This document shows, in pieces, positions 35,473-44,240 of a DNA stretch of 45,598 bases. This stretch comes from Myxococcota bacterium. GTDB lineage: Bacteria; Myxococcota_A; UBA796; CAJQPC01. The DNA lies in the NCBI GenBank assembly GCA_036229005.1, contig JAZAMN010000045.1, positions 1 to 45,598 on the forward strand, written 5' to 3'. The notes beneath the pieces are model-generated. The model was not told the origin of the DNA, did no database searches, and worked only from the letters and a program-made list of their open reading frames with translations. Made by a program: the position numbers and the translations under genes. Each line of letters begins with the position of its first letter. Position 1 is the stretch's first letter.

Positions 35473-36876
35473 ATGAAGATCTCCTTGCACTCCCCCGGCC
35501 AGCGCGCCCAGCCCTGGACCCCCGGTCAGCCCGTCCCCCCAGAGGCGTGGTTCCGCGCTGAGAATGCCGACTCCGCGCTGCTCTCCGTGGTGCAGGCCCA
35601 GCCCGGGATCCGCCGCCTGCACCTGATCGAGCCCGCCTCGGAGCTGCTCCCGGAGCTGCCCGCGCTGGCCCTGGACGCCCTGTGGATCCAGAGCCGCGCC
35701 CCCATGCCCACCCTGCGCCTGCCCGCGGGCCTGAGCACCCTGCGCCTGCCTGGCTGCCTCTTCGAGATGGCCCAGCTCGCGGACCTGCCGCCCACCCTGG
35801 AGCACCTGGACCTGAGCGGCACCCCCCTGCAGCACTCCCTGCTCCCCGCCCTGGCGCGCCACCCCCTGCGTGAGCTGCGCCTGTGCGGCGTGCCCCTGCT
35901 GGACTTCGACGCCCTGCGTGCCCAGCTCGAGGTCCTGGCGCAGACCGACATGGGCGCCCGCATGGCCCTGTCCGAGGCCTGGGAGGACGTCATCGAGTTC
36001 CGCTTCGACGAGGGCCACGGCGAGCCCTTCTACGTCGAGGCCCTGCCCGAGTCGGACCCCGCCGCCATCCCCCTGCCGGAGGCCCAGGCCCCCCAGCGCG
36101 GCGACAAGGAGCCCTGGGAGCGCTGGCGCATCCTGGCCGACAGCGCGGAGATCTTCTCCCTGGATCTGGCCGCCATGGCCGGACCCCTGAGCGGCCTGCA
36201 GGCCCTCTTGCAGATGCGGGAGCTGCGCACCCTGGACCTCTCGCGCACCCCCTTCTCGGAGCCCGCGCTGCTCGCCGGGATGCCCCTGGAGCGCCTGAAC
36301 CTGGCCCACACACAGGTGGCCTCGCTGGGGCCCATCTCTCAGCTCACGAGCCTGAGGGCCCTGGATGTCTCGGGGGTGCACCTGCCGGACCTGGAGGGCC
36401 TCTCAAACCTCTCCTCCCTGAAGGGGCTGCGACTCTCCCACCTGGCACTCTCGGGGCCCACCGCCGCGCACATTGCCGCCTGCACACAGCTCAAGGCTCT
36501 GGCCCTCCACGAGGTCACACTGGCGCCCGGCAGCCTGCAGGCCCTGGCCACCTTGCCCGCCCTCCAGCAGCTCTCCCTGCACGGCTCCGACCTGCGCGAA
36601 GGGGAGCTGGCCGCCCTGGGCGCGCTCGCCACCCTGCGCGATCTGGACCTGACCCGCTGTGCGCTCGGGGACGCCGCCGGGCTCTCCGCTCTGACCCAGC
36701 TCCGCACCCTGTCCCTGCGCAAGTCCAGCCTGCAGGACGCCGACCTGCCCCACCTGGAGGCCCTCACCCAGCTTGAGCTGCTGGCCCTGGGCTTTACGCA
36801 GACCACCCAGGCGCCGTGCGAGGCGCTCGCCGAGAAGCTCCCCGGGGTGCGGGTGTTGATGGCCTTCGCGGAGTAG
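35473..36876 (+). CDS. Leucine-rich repeat protein
   Basis: Repeated L..L.L motifs: LEHLDLSGT, LRTLDLSRT, LERLNLAHT, LRALDVSG, LRDLDLTRC. Confidence 0.85.
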   Translation: MKISLHSPGQRAQPWTPGQPVPPEAWFRAENADSALLSVVQAQPGIRRLHLIEPASELLPELPALALDALWIQSRAPMPTLRLPAGLSTLRLPGCLFEMAQLADLPPTLEHLDLSGTPLQHSLLPALARHPLRELRLCGVPLLDFDALRAQLEVLAQTDMGARMALSEAWEDVIEFRFDEGHGEPFYVEALPESDPAAIPLPEAQAPQRGDKEPWERWRILADSAEIFSLDLAAMAGPLSGLQALLQMRELRTLDLSRTPFSEPALLAGMPLERLNLAHTQVASLGPISQLTSLRALDVSGVHLPDLEGLSNLSSLKGLRLSHLALSGPTAAHIAACTQLKALALHEVTLAPGSLQALATLPALQQLSLHGSDLREGELAALGALATLRDLDLTRCALGDAAGLSALTQLRTLSLRKSSLQDADLPHLEALTQLELLALGFTQTTQAPCEALAEKLPGVRVLMAFAE

Positions 36877-36903
36877 GGCGGCCCCGGGATCAAGGGGGCG
36901 CGC

Positions 36904-37407
36904 TCAGTCGTCCAGCGTCAGGCTCAGGGTCTGCCGGTGCCGGGTCTCGCTGCCCTCGAGCACCAGGTGGAGCTCAAAGAACTCCGGCTCGAACACCGTC
37001 ACGTCCCACTTGGTGTTCACCAGCACCGGGTCGGCGAACAGCAGGTCCATGTCCTCGAAGGCGATCATGGGGTTGTCGTTGTCCACGTCGGCCTCCAGGA
37101 TGAAGACTCCCGCCTGCTCGCCGCCCTCCGGGTCGGTGTAGACCAGCTCGCGGCGGCCGACCTCGCTGTCCTCGCCAAAGTAGAGCGTGCCGGGGGTGTC
37201 CAGGAGCGCGTCCTCCAGGATCTCGAAGGGCTGGCTGTAGTCGGCGCGCTCGGCGTAGTCGTAGTGGTTCTCCTGGATCTCCCAGGTCTCGTCCAGCAGG
37301 TGGCGCTTGACGGTGTCCACGTCACCAAAGTTGCTGGAGTCCAGCAGGAAGAGGGGCGCGCACCCGCACAGGGCGCTCAGGGCGAGGGAGAGCATTGGCG
37401 AAAACAC
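36904..37407 (-). CDS. Hypothetical lipoprotein
   Basis: Hydrophobic N-terminus ending LCGC; acidic beta-rich body; host-like codon bias. Confidence 0.65.
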   Translation of the reverse strand: MFSPMLSLALSALCGCAPLFLLDSSNFGDVDTVKRHLLDETWEIQENHYDYAERADYSQPFEILEDALLDTPGTLYFGEDSEVGRRELVYTDPEGGEQAGVFILEADVDNDNPMIAFEDMDLLFADPVLVNTKWDVTVFEPEFFELHLVLEGSETRHRQTLSLTLDD

Positions 37408-37473
37408 GAAGGGGTCCTTGCTTTAAACCACGATAACCGCGGGGGTCTCCAACCCCGTGGTGTACTCCCTCCG

Positions 37474-40400
37474 ATGCTGGGCCCCTTCTCCCTCACCGAC
37501 ACCCTGGCCACCGGCGGCACCGCGACGGTGTGGCGCGCGGTCTACAGCGACGGCCGCCCGGGACAGGTCGCCCTCAAGGTCCTGACCGAAGAGCGCGCCA
37601 CGCGGCCCGAGGACCTCTCCGCGTTCCGGAGGGAGGTGCGGGCGGCGGCCAGGCTGAATCACCCCAACATCGCCAGCGTGTTGGACTACGGCACGGTACC
37701 GGATCCGGGCCCCGGCGAGGTCAGGCTGTCCGGCCTCAGCCCCGGCGCCCCCTGGCTGGCGATGGAGCTGGGCAGCGGCACCCTGCACCCCCACTGCGGC
37801 AAGCTGGCCTGGGTTCAGGCGCTGGAGGCGCTGGAGGCGCTGCTCTCCGCGCTGGCCCACGCCCACGCCCACGGGCTGGTGCACCGCGACGTGAAGCCCC
37901 GGAACCTGCTGCGGGTGGGGGAGCGCTGGAAGCTGGGCGACTTCGGCCTGGCCCACGTGCTGCCCGGCGCCGACGACACGCGCATCATCGGCACCCCCAG
38001 CACCATGGCCCCCGAGCACTTTGCCGGCGCCTGGCGCGACCACGGGCCCTGGACCGACCTGTACTCGGTGGGCTGCCTGGCCTGGCACCTGGTCTGCGGC
38101 CGCACCCCCTTCCACGCGGCCCGCACCCCCCTGACCCTGCGCGAGGCCCACAATAGCTGGCCGGTGCCCGAGCTTGAGCCCACCGGGCCGGTGCCGCCGG
38201 GGCTGGAGGCCTGGATCCGCCGCCTGATGGCCAAGCGCCCCCAGGACCGCCCGGCCTTCGCCGCCGACGCCCTGCACGCCCTGCGCGCCCTGGGGCCCGC
38301 CCAGCCCCTGCGCAGCCAGCCCGTGATGCTGGGGGCCGCCGACGCGGAGATGGCCACCGCCGAGCTCGACCTCGCGCCCGCGGACCTTCCCCAGGCGCTC
38401 GCGCCCACCGAGAGCGCCTGGCCGCCGCCGCCCTTCGCGCCCGACTGGCGCAGCGACCCCCGCCTGCCGCCCCCCGTGGGCCTGGGTCTGGTCGCCCTGC
38501 GCGCCCGCCCGGTGGTGGGCCGTCAGTCCGAGCGGGACCTGCTCTGGCGCACCCTGGGCCAGGTGGTGTCGGGCGAGGGGCTGCGCGTGGCCGGCCTGCA
38601 CGGACCTCTGGGGAGCGGCCGCTCGGCGCTGGCTGGCTGGCTGGCGATCGAGGCCCACGCCCGCGGTCAAGCGCGGGTCTTCCAGGCGCGCTTCGGCCCC
38701 GGCGAGGGCGGCCTGCGCGAGGCCGTGCTGACCAGCTTCCAGCTCCAGGGCCTGGACACCGAGGCCTGCGTGCACCGCCTGGCCCGGCTGCTGCGCCGCT
38801 GGAACCTGGAGCGCCCCGACCACGACGCCCGCGTGCTGGCCTCGCTGCTGCACGCCCCGCCCCCCGGCCGCGCCGCCCGCTTCGCCGCCGAAGAGCAGCG
38901 CGCCGCCCTGGTCCGGGTCCTGGCCGCCTGGGCCAATGAGCGCCCGGTGCTGCTGGTCCTGGATGAGGCGGGTGCGGGGAGCGCTGGGGCTGCGCTGGTC
39001 CACCTCCTTCGCCAGCGGGGTGCGCTGCGCATCCTGACCCTCTGGACCGCCCCCGAGGACAGGCTGCCCGCCGACCTGTCCCTGCACATCGGGCCCCTCC
39101 CCGAGGCCGACCTGGACCTGCTGCTGCGGGGGGTGCTGGGGCTGTCCCCCGAGCTGTCCGTGCAGGTGCAGGACCGCGCCCAGGGCAGCCCCGCCTTTGC
39201 CCTGCAGCTCGTCGAGGCCTGGGTGGAGCAGCGCGCGCTGGAGGAGAGCCCCAGCGGGCTGGCGCTGCGCCCCGAGCACACCGAGCTGCCCCCCAGCCTG
39301 CGGCGCCTGTGGCGCGCCCGCCTGGAGGCGCTGTTGGCCGAGCTGCCCGCCGCCGACGCGCGGGCGCTGGAGGTCGCCGCGCTGATGGACCGCCGCCCGC
39401 CGGTGTCGGCCTGGCAGGCGATCTGCGCGCACGCGGGCTGGGCCCCGTCGGAGCCCCTGCTGCCCACCCTGCTCCAGCGGGAGCTGCTCAGCGTCGAAGA
39501 CGGGGGCCTGCACTTCCCCCAGTCCTGGCTGCGCGAGGCGCTGCGCGAGCACAGCCAGGCCCAGGGGCGCTGGCCCATCCAGCACGCCACCCTGGCCGCC
39601 TGGCTGCGCGACGCCGGCCCGGAGCTGGCCGGTCCCCGCGGCCTGCACCACCTGGAGGCGGGCGACTGGGCGTCCGCGCTCGAGGACCTCTGCAGCGCCC
39701 AGGAGCGCGCGATCGCGCGCGGGCAGCTCACCCAGGCCGCGCTGCTGGACCCCCCGCGCACCCGCGCGCTGCGCGCCTGGAATCCGCCCCCCGAGCACCC
39801 CGCCTGGGCCCGCGACCTGCTGCTGCGCGCGCAGCTCGCCTTCGGCCGCGGGGACCAGGACGCAGGCCTCAAGCTGGCTCGGCAGGCCGTGCAGGCGGCC
39901 CGGCGGCTGGGCAACGCCGGCCTGGAGGCCCGCGCGCTGTTGGAGGGGGGCCGCCTGCTGCACCGCCGCGGTGAGCTCTCGCGGGCGCGCCGTTGGCTGC
40001 GCCGCGGGGTCAAGGCCGCCTTGGTCCAGGGGGACCGCAGCACCGCCGCCCACTGCCGGGAGCTGCTGGCCAACACCCTGGCGGAGCTCGGCGAGCTGGC
40101 CGCCGCCGAGCAGACCCTGCAGAGCGCCTGGGAGGACTACGAGGCCACCGGCGAGACCGTCGGCGTGGGCAGCGTGCACCTGGGCCTGAGCTTCCTGTGC
40201 CTGGCCCGGGGCGGGCTGGACGACGCGGAGGCACACGCCCAGGTCGCCCTGGAGCACTGCACCGGGGTGGGTGCTGAGCGCATGCGCTGCGCGGCGCTCG
40301 GGGTGCTCGGGGACGTCGCCCGCGCCCGCGGGGAGCCCGAGGCCGCCCGCCGCTGGTTCCAGCGCGCCCTGCGCCTGCACGCTGGCTCCGGCCGGCTCTA

Positions 40401-40761
40401 CGCCACCGCCCTGACCTGGCTGAACCTGGCCCTCACCGAGCTTGAGGCCGGCCAGGACACCGCCGCGCAGGCCGCCCTGGAGCAGGTGCAGCGCTTCCAG
40501 CAGGGGCAGGGCGCCGGCAACCTGCAGGCCCTGACCACCTTGGCGCAGGCCGTGGTCTCCGCGCGCGCCGGGGCCGCCGACACCGATCAGCGCTTCTCCC
40601 GCGCGCGCATCCGCCTGGAGCAGACCGGCCAGGTGCACCGGGACATCCACCTGCTGGCCACCCTGCTGGCCCAGGCCTGCGAGGCACAAGGCTGGACCCA
40701 GCTTGGTCAGCGGGCGCGTGACCTCGCTGATGCCCAGAGTGAGAGGTTGCCGGCGGGCTGA
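37474..40761 (+). CDS. Ser/Thr protein kinase - AAA/STAND-like ATPase - TPR protein
   Basis: VALKVL, HPNIA, HRDVKPRN, DFG, MAPE, DLYSVG; VVGRQSE, GPLGSGRS, LLVLDE, GSPAFA; TPR-like C-terminus. Start set at ATG 37474. Confidence 0.92.
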   Translation: MLGPFSLTDTLATGGTATVWRAVYSDGRPGQVALKVLTEERATRPEDLSAFRREVRAAARLNHPNIASVLDYGTVPDPGPGEVRLSGLSPGAPWLAMELGSGTLHPHCGKLAWVQALEALEALLSALAHAHAHGLVHRDVKPRNLLRVGERWKLGDFGLAHVLPGADDTRIIGTPSTMAPEHFAGAWRDHGPWTDLYSVGCLAWHLVCGRTPFHAARTPLTLREAHNSWPVPELEPTGPVPPGLEAWIRRLMAKRPQDRPAFAADALHALRALGPAQPLRSQPVMLGAADAEMATAELDLAPADLPQALAPTESAWPPPPFAPDWRSDPRLPPPVGLGLVALRARPVVGRQSERDLLWRTLGQVVSGEGLRVAGLHGPLGSGRSALAGWLAIEAHARGQARVFQARFGPGEGGLREAVLTSFQLQGLDTEACVHRLARLLRRWNLERPDHDARVLASLLHAPPPGRAARFAAEEQRAALVRVLAAWANERPVLLVLDEAGAGSAGAALVHLLRQRGALRILTLWTAPEDRLPADLSLHIGPLPEADLDLLLRGVLGLSPELSVQVQDRAQGSPAFALQLVEAWVEQRALEESPSGLALRPEHTELPPSLRRLWRARLEALLAELPAADARALEVAALMDRRPPVSAWQAICAHAGWAPSEPLLPTLLQRELLSVEDGGLHFPQSWLREALREHSQAQGRWPIQHATLAAWLRDAGPELAGPRGLHHLEAGDWASALEDLCSAQERAIARGQLTQAALLDPPRTRALRAWNPPPEHPAWARDLLLRAQLAFGRGDQDAGLKLARQAVQAARRLGNAGLEARALLEGGRLLHRRGELSRARRWLRRGVKAALVQGDRSTAAHCRELLANTLAELGELAAAEQTLQSAWEDYEATGETVGVGSVHLGLSFLCLARGGLDDAEAHAQVALEHCTGVGAERMRCAALGVLGDVARARGEPEAARRWFQRALRLHAGSGRLYATALTWLNLALTELEAGQDTAAQAALEQVQRFQQGQGAGNLQALTTLAQAVVSARAGAADTDQRFSRARIRLEQTGQVHRDIHLLATLLAQACEAQGWTQLGQRARDLADAQSERLPAG

Positions 40762-40832
40762 GGGTCTGGGGGGTGGGCTCAGGGCTTGGGGCCCTGGTCC
40801 GCTCTGCTCCTTCCGTGGCAAGCTCACGCCGC

Positions 40833-41975
40833 ATGCAGCCCCCACCCTCCGACTGGCGCGCCACCCTGCGCCTGCTGGCCATCGAGCACGCGCCGCTGCT
40901 GCTGCTGGTCCTGGCGCACCTGGGGCTGGGCTACGGGCTGCAGGCCGCCCTGGGTGCGCCCATCATGGAGATCGCCGTCTCCTACGAGGTGGTGAACCTC
41001 TTCGTCATCCTCTTCGCGGTGCTCTTCTTCTCGGGGCACGCGCTGACGAGCCTGCCCAAGGTCCCCGAGGGCCAGTCCGCCTTCCGCTTCATCTGGACCG
41101 ACCTGCGCACCCGCTGGCTGACCCCGCGGCGGCTGTTGGGCTACCTGGTCGTGCACCTGGCGCTGCCCTTCTTCATGAGCGCGTTCCAGTGCATCAAGAT
41201 CGCGATTCCGCGCTTTGTTCCGTTCTCTTGGGATGAGCGATTCCACCGCTGGGACCTGGCGATCCACGGCGGCCACATGCCCTGGGAGCTGCTGGGGCCG
41301 CTGAGCGGAGATGGCGCCACCCTCCTGCTGAACGTGGCCTACAACCTGTGGTTCTTCATCCTCTTTGGGCTGGTCGTGTGGCAGGGCCTCAGCGAGGACC
41401 GGGTCTTGCGCTTCCGCTTCCTGGCGAGCTTCCTGCTGGTGTTCATCCTGGGGGGGAACGTGCTGGCGATGCTGTGGTCGTCGGTGGGGCCCTGCTTCTG
41501 GGGCATGGCGGTGCCCGGCCCGGATCCCTACGCCCCGCTGATGGCGCGGCTGCACGGCATCAACGACGCGCTGGTCGCCCAGAACGGCGCCGAGGGCGTG
41601 CACTTGTGGTCCCTGGACGTGCAGGCCCAGCTCTGGGAGGTCTACGCCACCGGCGCCGTCGAGACCGTCGGCGGCATCTCCGCTATGCCCTCCATGCACG
41701 TGGCCAGCTCGGTGCTCTTTGCCTGCCTTGGCTGGGCCCACTCCCGCTGGCTGGGCGTGCTGCTGACCGCCTTCGCGGCGGTGATCCAGGTCGGCTCGGT
41801 CACCCTGGGCTGGCACTACGCGGTGGACGGGTACGTGGGGGCCTGCATCACGCTTGTGATCTGGTTCGGCGTGAAGCTGGCGGTGGAGAAGACGGGCTTT
41901 GGGCGGCTGCTCGCGGGGGGACCGGGGCCACGGGCTCTGAGTGAGCGGGGGGCTGGGGCTACGGTGCCTGAGTGA
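40833..41975 (+). CDS. PAP2 superfamily (PAP2_3/Aur1-like) membrane phosphatase or phosphotransferase
   Basis: SVGPCF, ISAMPSMHVA, GWHYAVDG; multiple transmembrane segments. Confidence 0.88.
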   Translation: MQPPPSDWRATLRLLAIEHAPLLLLVLAHLGLGYGLQAALGAPIMEIAVSYEVVNLFVILFAVLFFSGHALTSLPKVPEGQSAFRFIWTDLRTRWLTPRRLLGYLVVHLALPFFMSAFQCIKIAIPRFVPFSWDERFHRWDLAIHGGHMPWELLGPLSGDGATLLLNVAYNLWFFILFGLVVWQGLSEDRVLRFRFLASFLLVFILGGNVLAMLWSSVGPCFWGMAVPGPDPYAPLMARLHGINDALVAQNGAEGVHLWSLDVQAQLWEVYATGAVETVGGISAMPSMHVASSVLFACLGWAHSRWLGVLLTAFAAVIQVGSVTLGWHYAVDGYVGACITLVIWFGVKLAVEKTGFGRLLAGGPGPRALSERGAGATVPE

Positions 41976-42246
41976 GCGGGGGGCTGCGGCTACGGGCTCT
42001 GAGTGAGCGACACCCCCTGGCTACGGCCGCTGAGTGAGCGCTTTGCGGAGGCTAGGGCCCACCGGTGAGCGCTTTTGGCCTCTCCAGGCACCCAGATGGC
42101 TCTCAATCGGGCGATTTCGGGTGTCTTTGGGGCTGTTTTGGGCCCGATCGGTCGCCGAATCGCTCACCGAGCAGGCCTAGCCTCAGAAAGCCGCTCACTC
42201 GGGACGCGTAGCCTCCAACAAGCGCTCACTTGGGACGCGTAGCCTC
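41926..42246. repeat. Converging inverted 31-bp arrays, locus C (5 forward + 3 reverse units)
   Basis: GTGAGCG at 41941/41972/42003/42034/42065; CGCTCAC at 42161/42192/42223. Confidence 0.95.
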
Positions 42247-43288
42247 ACCCCACGGGCCGGGGCGGCTGCTCGCCGCTCAGCCAGCCCGCCTGTTGGTACC
42301 AGCGGATCTGGTCGCTAAAGGTCTGCTCCACGGGCCGGAAGGACACGCCCAGCTCTCGGGCGCTGCGGCGCGGGTCGAAGTGCGTGCGGTCCCGCTCGTC
42401 CAGCATCCGGCGCACGCTGGCCCAGGAGAGCAGCGCGGGCTTGCCCGTGATGCGGGAGACGAGCTCCTGCACGACGGACACCAGCATCAGGGCCAGGGGA
42501 GGGACCTTGCGCGTGGGCGCGGGCTGGCCGCTGACCTGCTCCATGACCGCGAAGAGCTCCTGCGCGCTCAGGTGCCGGCCGGCCGCCAGGTAGCGCACAC
42601 CGGAGCGCCCCCGCTCGGCCGCTGCGAGCAGGGTCTTCGCCACGTCCCGGGCGTCCACCACCGAGAAGCTGGCCGGCGGCACCCCCGGCAGCTTGCGGCC
42701 CAGGTAGTCCATCGTGAACTGGCCGGCGGGGGTGGGCCCCAGGTCGCCGGGACCCACCATCCAGCCGGGCAGGACAAGGCTCAGGTGGGCCTGGGGGTGG
42801 CGGGCCAGGAACGCCAGCGCTGCCCGGTCGGCCAGCACCTTGGAGCGGTAGTAGGGGTCGTGGGCCTGGGCGTCCTCGCGCAGCATCTCCTCGTCGATGG
42901 GGGCGCCGCGGGGCCCGTGCAGCACGGCGATGGAGCTGGTGTGGACCATGCGCCGCACCCCCTGCGCATAGGCCGCCTCCAGCAGCTCGGCGGTGGCCTG
43001 CACGTTGATCCGCTCCAGCTGCGGCCAGTGGTTCCCGCCGCCGAAGCTCTCCCGGAAGTAGGCCGCGGTGTGGAAGAGCACGTCGACGCCGTCGAGCCGC
43101 TCCTGGAATCCCGGGAGATCGAGCAGATCGCCCACCACCACCTCCAGCGTGGGGTGCTCGGGCAGCAGGCGGCCGGCCTTGTCGGGGTCGCGGGCCAGGG
43201 CGCGCACTCGCCAGCCCTGCTCCAGCAGCAGCGCGCAGAGGTTGTTGCCCAAGAGCCCAGTGGCTCCAGTCACGAACGCGGTCTTCAT
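42245..43288 (-). CDS. NAD-dependent epimerase/dehydratase (extended SDR, dihydroflavonol-reductase-like)
   Basis: VTGATGLLG, FHTAAY, HTSS, YYRSK, VVDARDVA. Confidence 0.93.
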   Translation of the reverse strand: MKTAFVTGATGLLGNNLCALLLEQGWRVRALARDPDKAGRLLPEHPTLEVVVGDLLDLPGFQERLDGVDVLFHTAAYFRESFGGGNHWPQLERINVQATAELLEAAYAQGVRRMVHTSSIAVLHGPRGAPIDEEMLREDAQAHDPYYRSKVLADRAALAFLARHPQAHLSLVLPGWMVGPGDLGPTPAGQFTMDYLGRKLPGVPPASFSVVDARDVAKTLLAAAERGRSGVRYLAAGRHLSAQELFAVMEQVSGQPAPTRKVPPLALMLVSVVQELVSRITGKPALLSWASVRRMLDERDRTHFDPRRSARELGVSFRPVEQTFSDQIRWYQQAGWLSGEQPPRPVG

Positions 43289-43366
43289 CGGGTCTCCGAG
43301 GGGTTGGGTTCCCCCCGAGACTGCCCGCCACACCTCTTGCACAGAAGGGGCAACTCAGACATTCTG

Positions 43367-43384
43367 CTTTGCATTCCTGCAAAG
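43367..43384. promoter_or_regulatory. Candidate LysR binding dyad
   Basis: CTTTGCA-TTCC-TGCAAAG between the divergent SDR and LysR genes. Confidence 0.5.
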
Positions 43385-43397
43385 GCGAGGACACGTG

Positions 43398-44240
43398 ATG
43401 CCGGACTGGAGCTGGGCCGATCTGCGCCTGCTGATGGAGGTCTCCCGCCACGGCAGCCTCTCCCGCGCCGGGGAGGCCATCGGCAAGAGCGCCTCGACCC
43501 TCTCCCGCCGCCTGGACCGCTTGGAGGCCCAGGTCGGCCAGCCGCTGCTGCTGCGCACCCCCGAGGGCTGCACTCTCACTGACGCCGGCCGGGAGCTGGC
43601 CGCCGTCGCCCAGGACACCGACCGCGCGCTGCGGCGGGCCCACGATCGCCTGGAGCAGCAGCTCAGCGGCCAGGTGCAGCTCTCCTGTGGCGATGGCTTC
43701 GTGGCCTTCCTCACCCCGCTGATCGCCCGCTTCTGTGAGGCCCACCCTGAGTGCAGCGTGGGCCTTCTGGTGGACGACAGCTTCCTGCACATCGAGCGCG
43801 GCGAGGCCGACCTGGCGCTGCGCACCCTGCACCGCGGCGAGGCCTCCCTGGTCTACCGGGAGCTGGGCGGCATCCGCTACAGCCTGGCCGCCGCCCCCAG
43901 CCTGATCGCCCGCTTCACCGGGCAGCCGCTGGAGCGCTGGCCGCGCGTGGGCCTGCTGCCACCGCTGGACGGCCTCGGACCGCAGCGCGCCCTCTCCGTC
44001 CTCGGCCCCGTCGTGGTGCGCAGCAACAGCTTCTCTGCCCATCTGGACGCCGTGCGCGCCGGCGTGGGCCTGGGCGCCGTCCCCCTGGTCACCATGGAGG
44101 GGCTGCACCCGCTGCCCGGGCCCCCCTTGCCCACAGAGCCCCTCTACCTGGTGAGCCGTCGGCGCAGCGAGCTGGCCCCGCAGGTTCGCGCCTTTGTTGC
44201 CTTGTTGGTGGCGGAGATCCCGGCGTTGTTGGCGGGGTGA
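43398..44240 (+). CDS. LysR family regulator
   Basis: WADLRLL..GSLSRAG..STLSRRLDRLE..LLRTPEGCTLT.AG; EADLALR. Confidence 0.93.
   Translation: MPDWSWADLRLLMEVSRHGSLSRAGEAIGKSASTLSRRLDRLEAQVGQPLLLRTPEGCTLTDAGRELAAVAQDTDRALRRAHDRLEQQLSGQVQLSCGDGFVAFLTPLIARFCEAHPECSVGLLVDDSFLHIERGEADLALRTLHRGEASLVYRELGGIRYSLAAAPSLIARFTGQPLERWPRVGLLPPLDGLGPQRALSVLGPVVVRSNSFSAHLDAVRAGVGLGAVPLVTMEGLHPLPGPPLPTEPLYLVSRRRSELAPQVRAFVALLVAEIPALLAG

Noticed and set aside
36937..37473. N-terminal extension of the kinase ORF
   Set aside because: Antisense to the 36904-37407 gene; the kinase domain starts right after ATG 37474.
37423..40845. 1140-aa minus-strand ORF (also 1894-3828, 17368-19740, 42315-44420)
   Set aside because: Shadows of well-supported genes on the opposite strand or in another frame.
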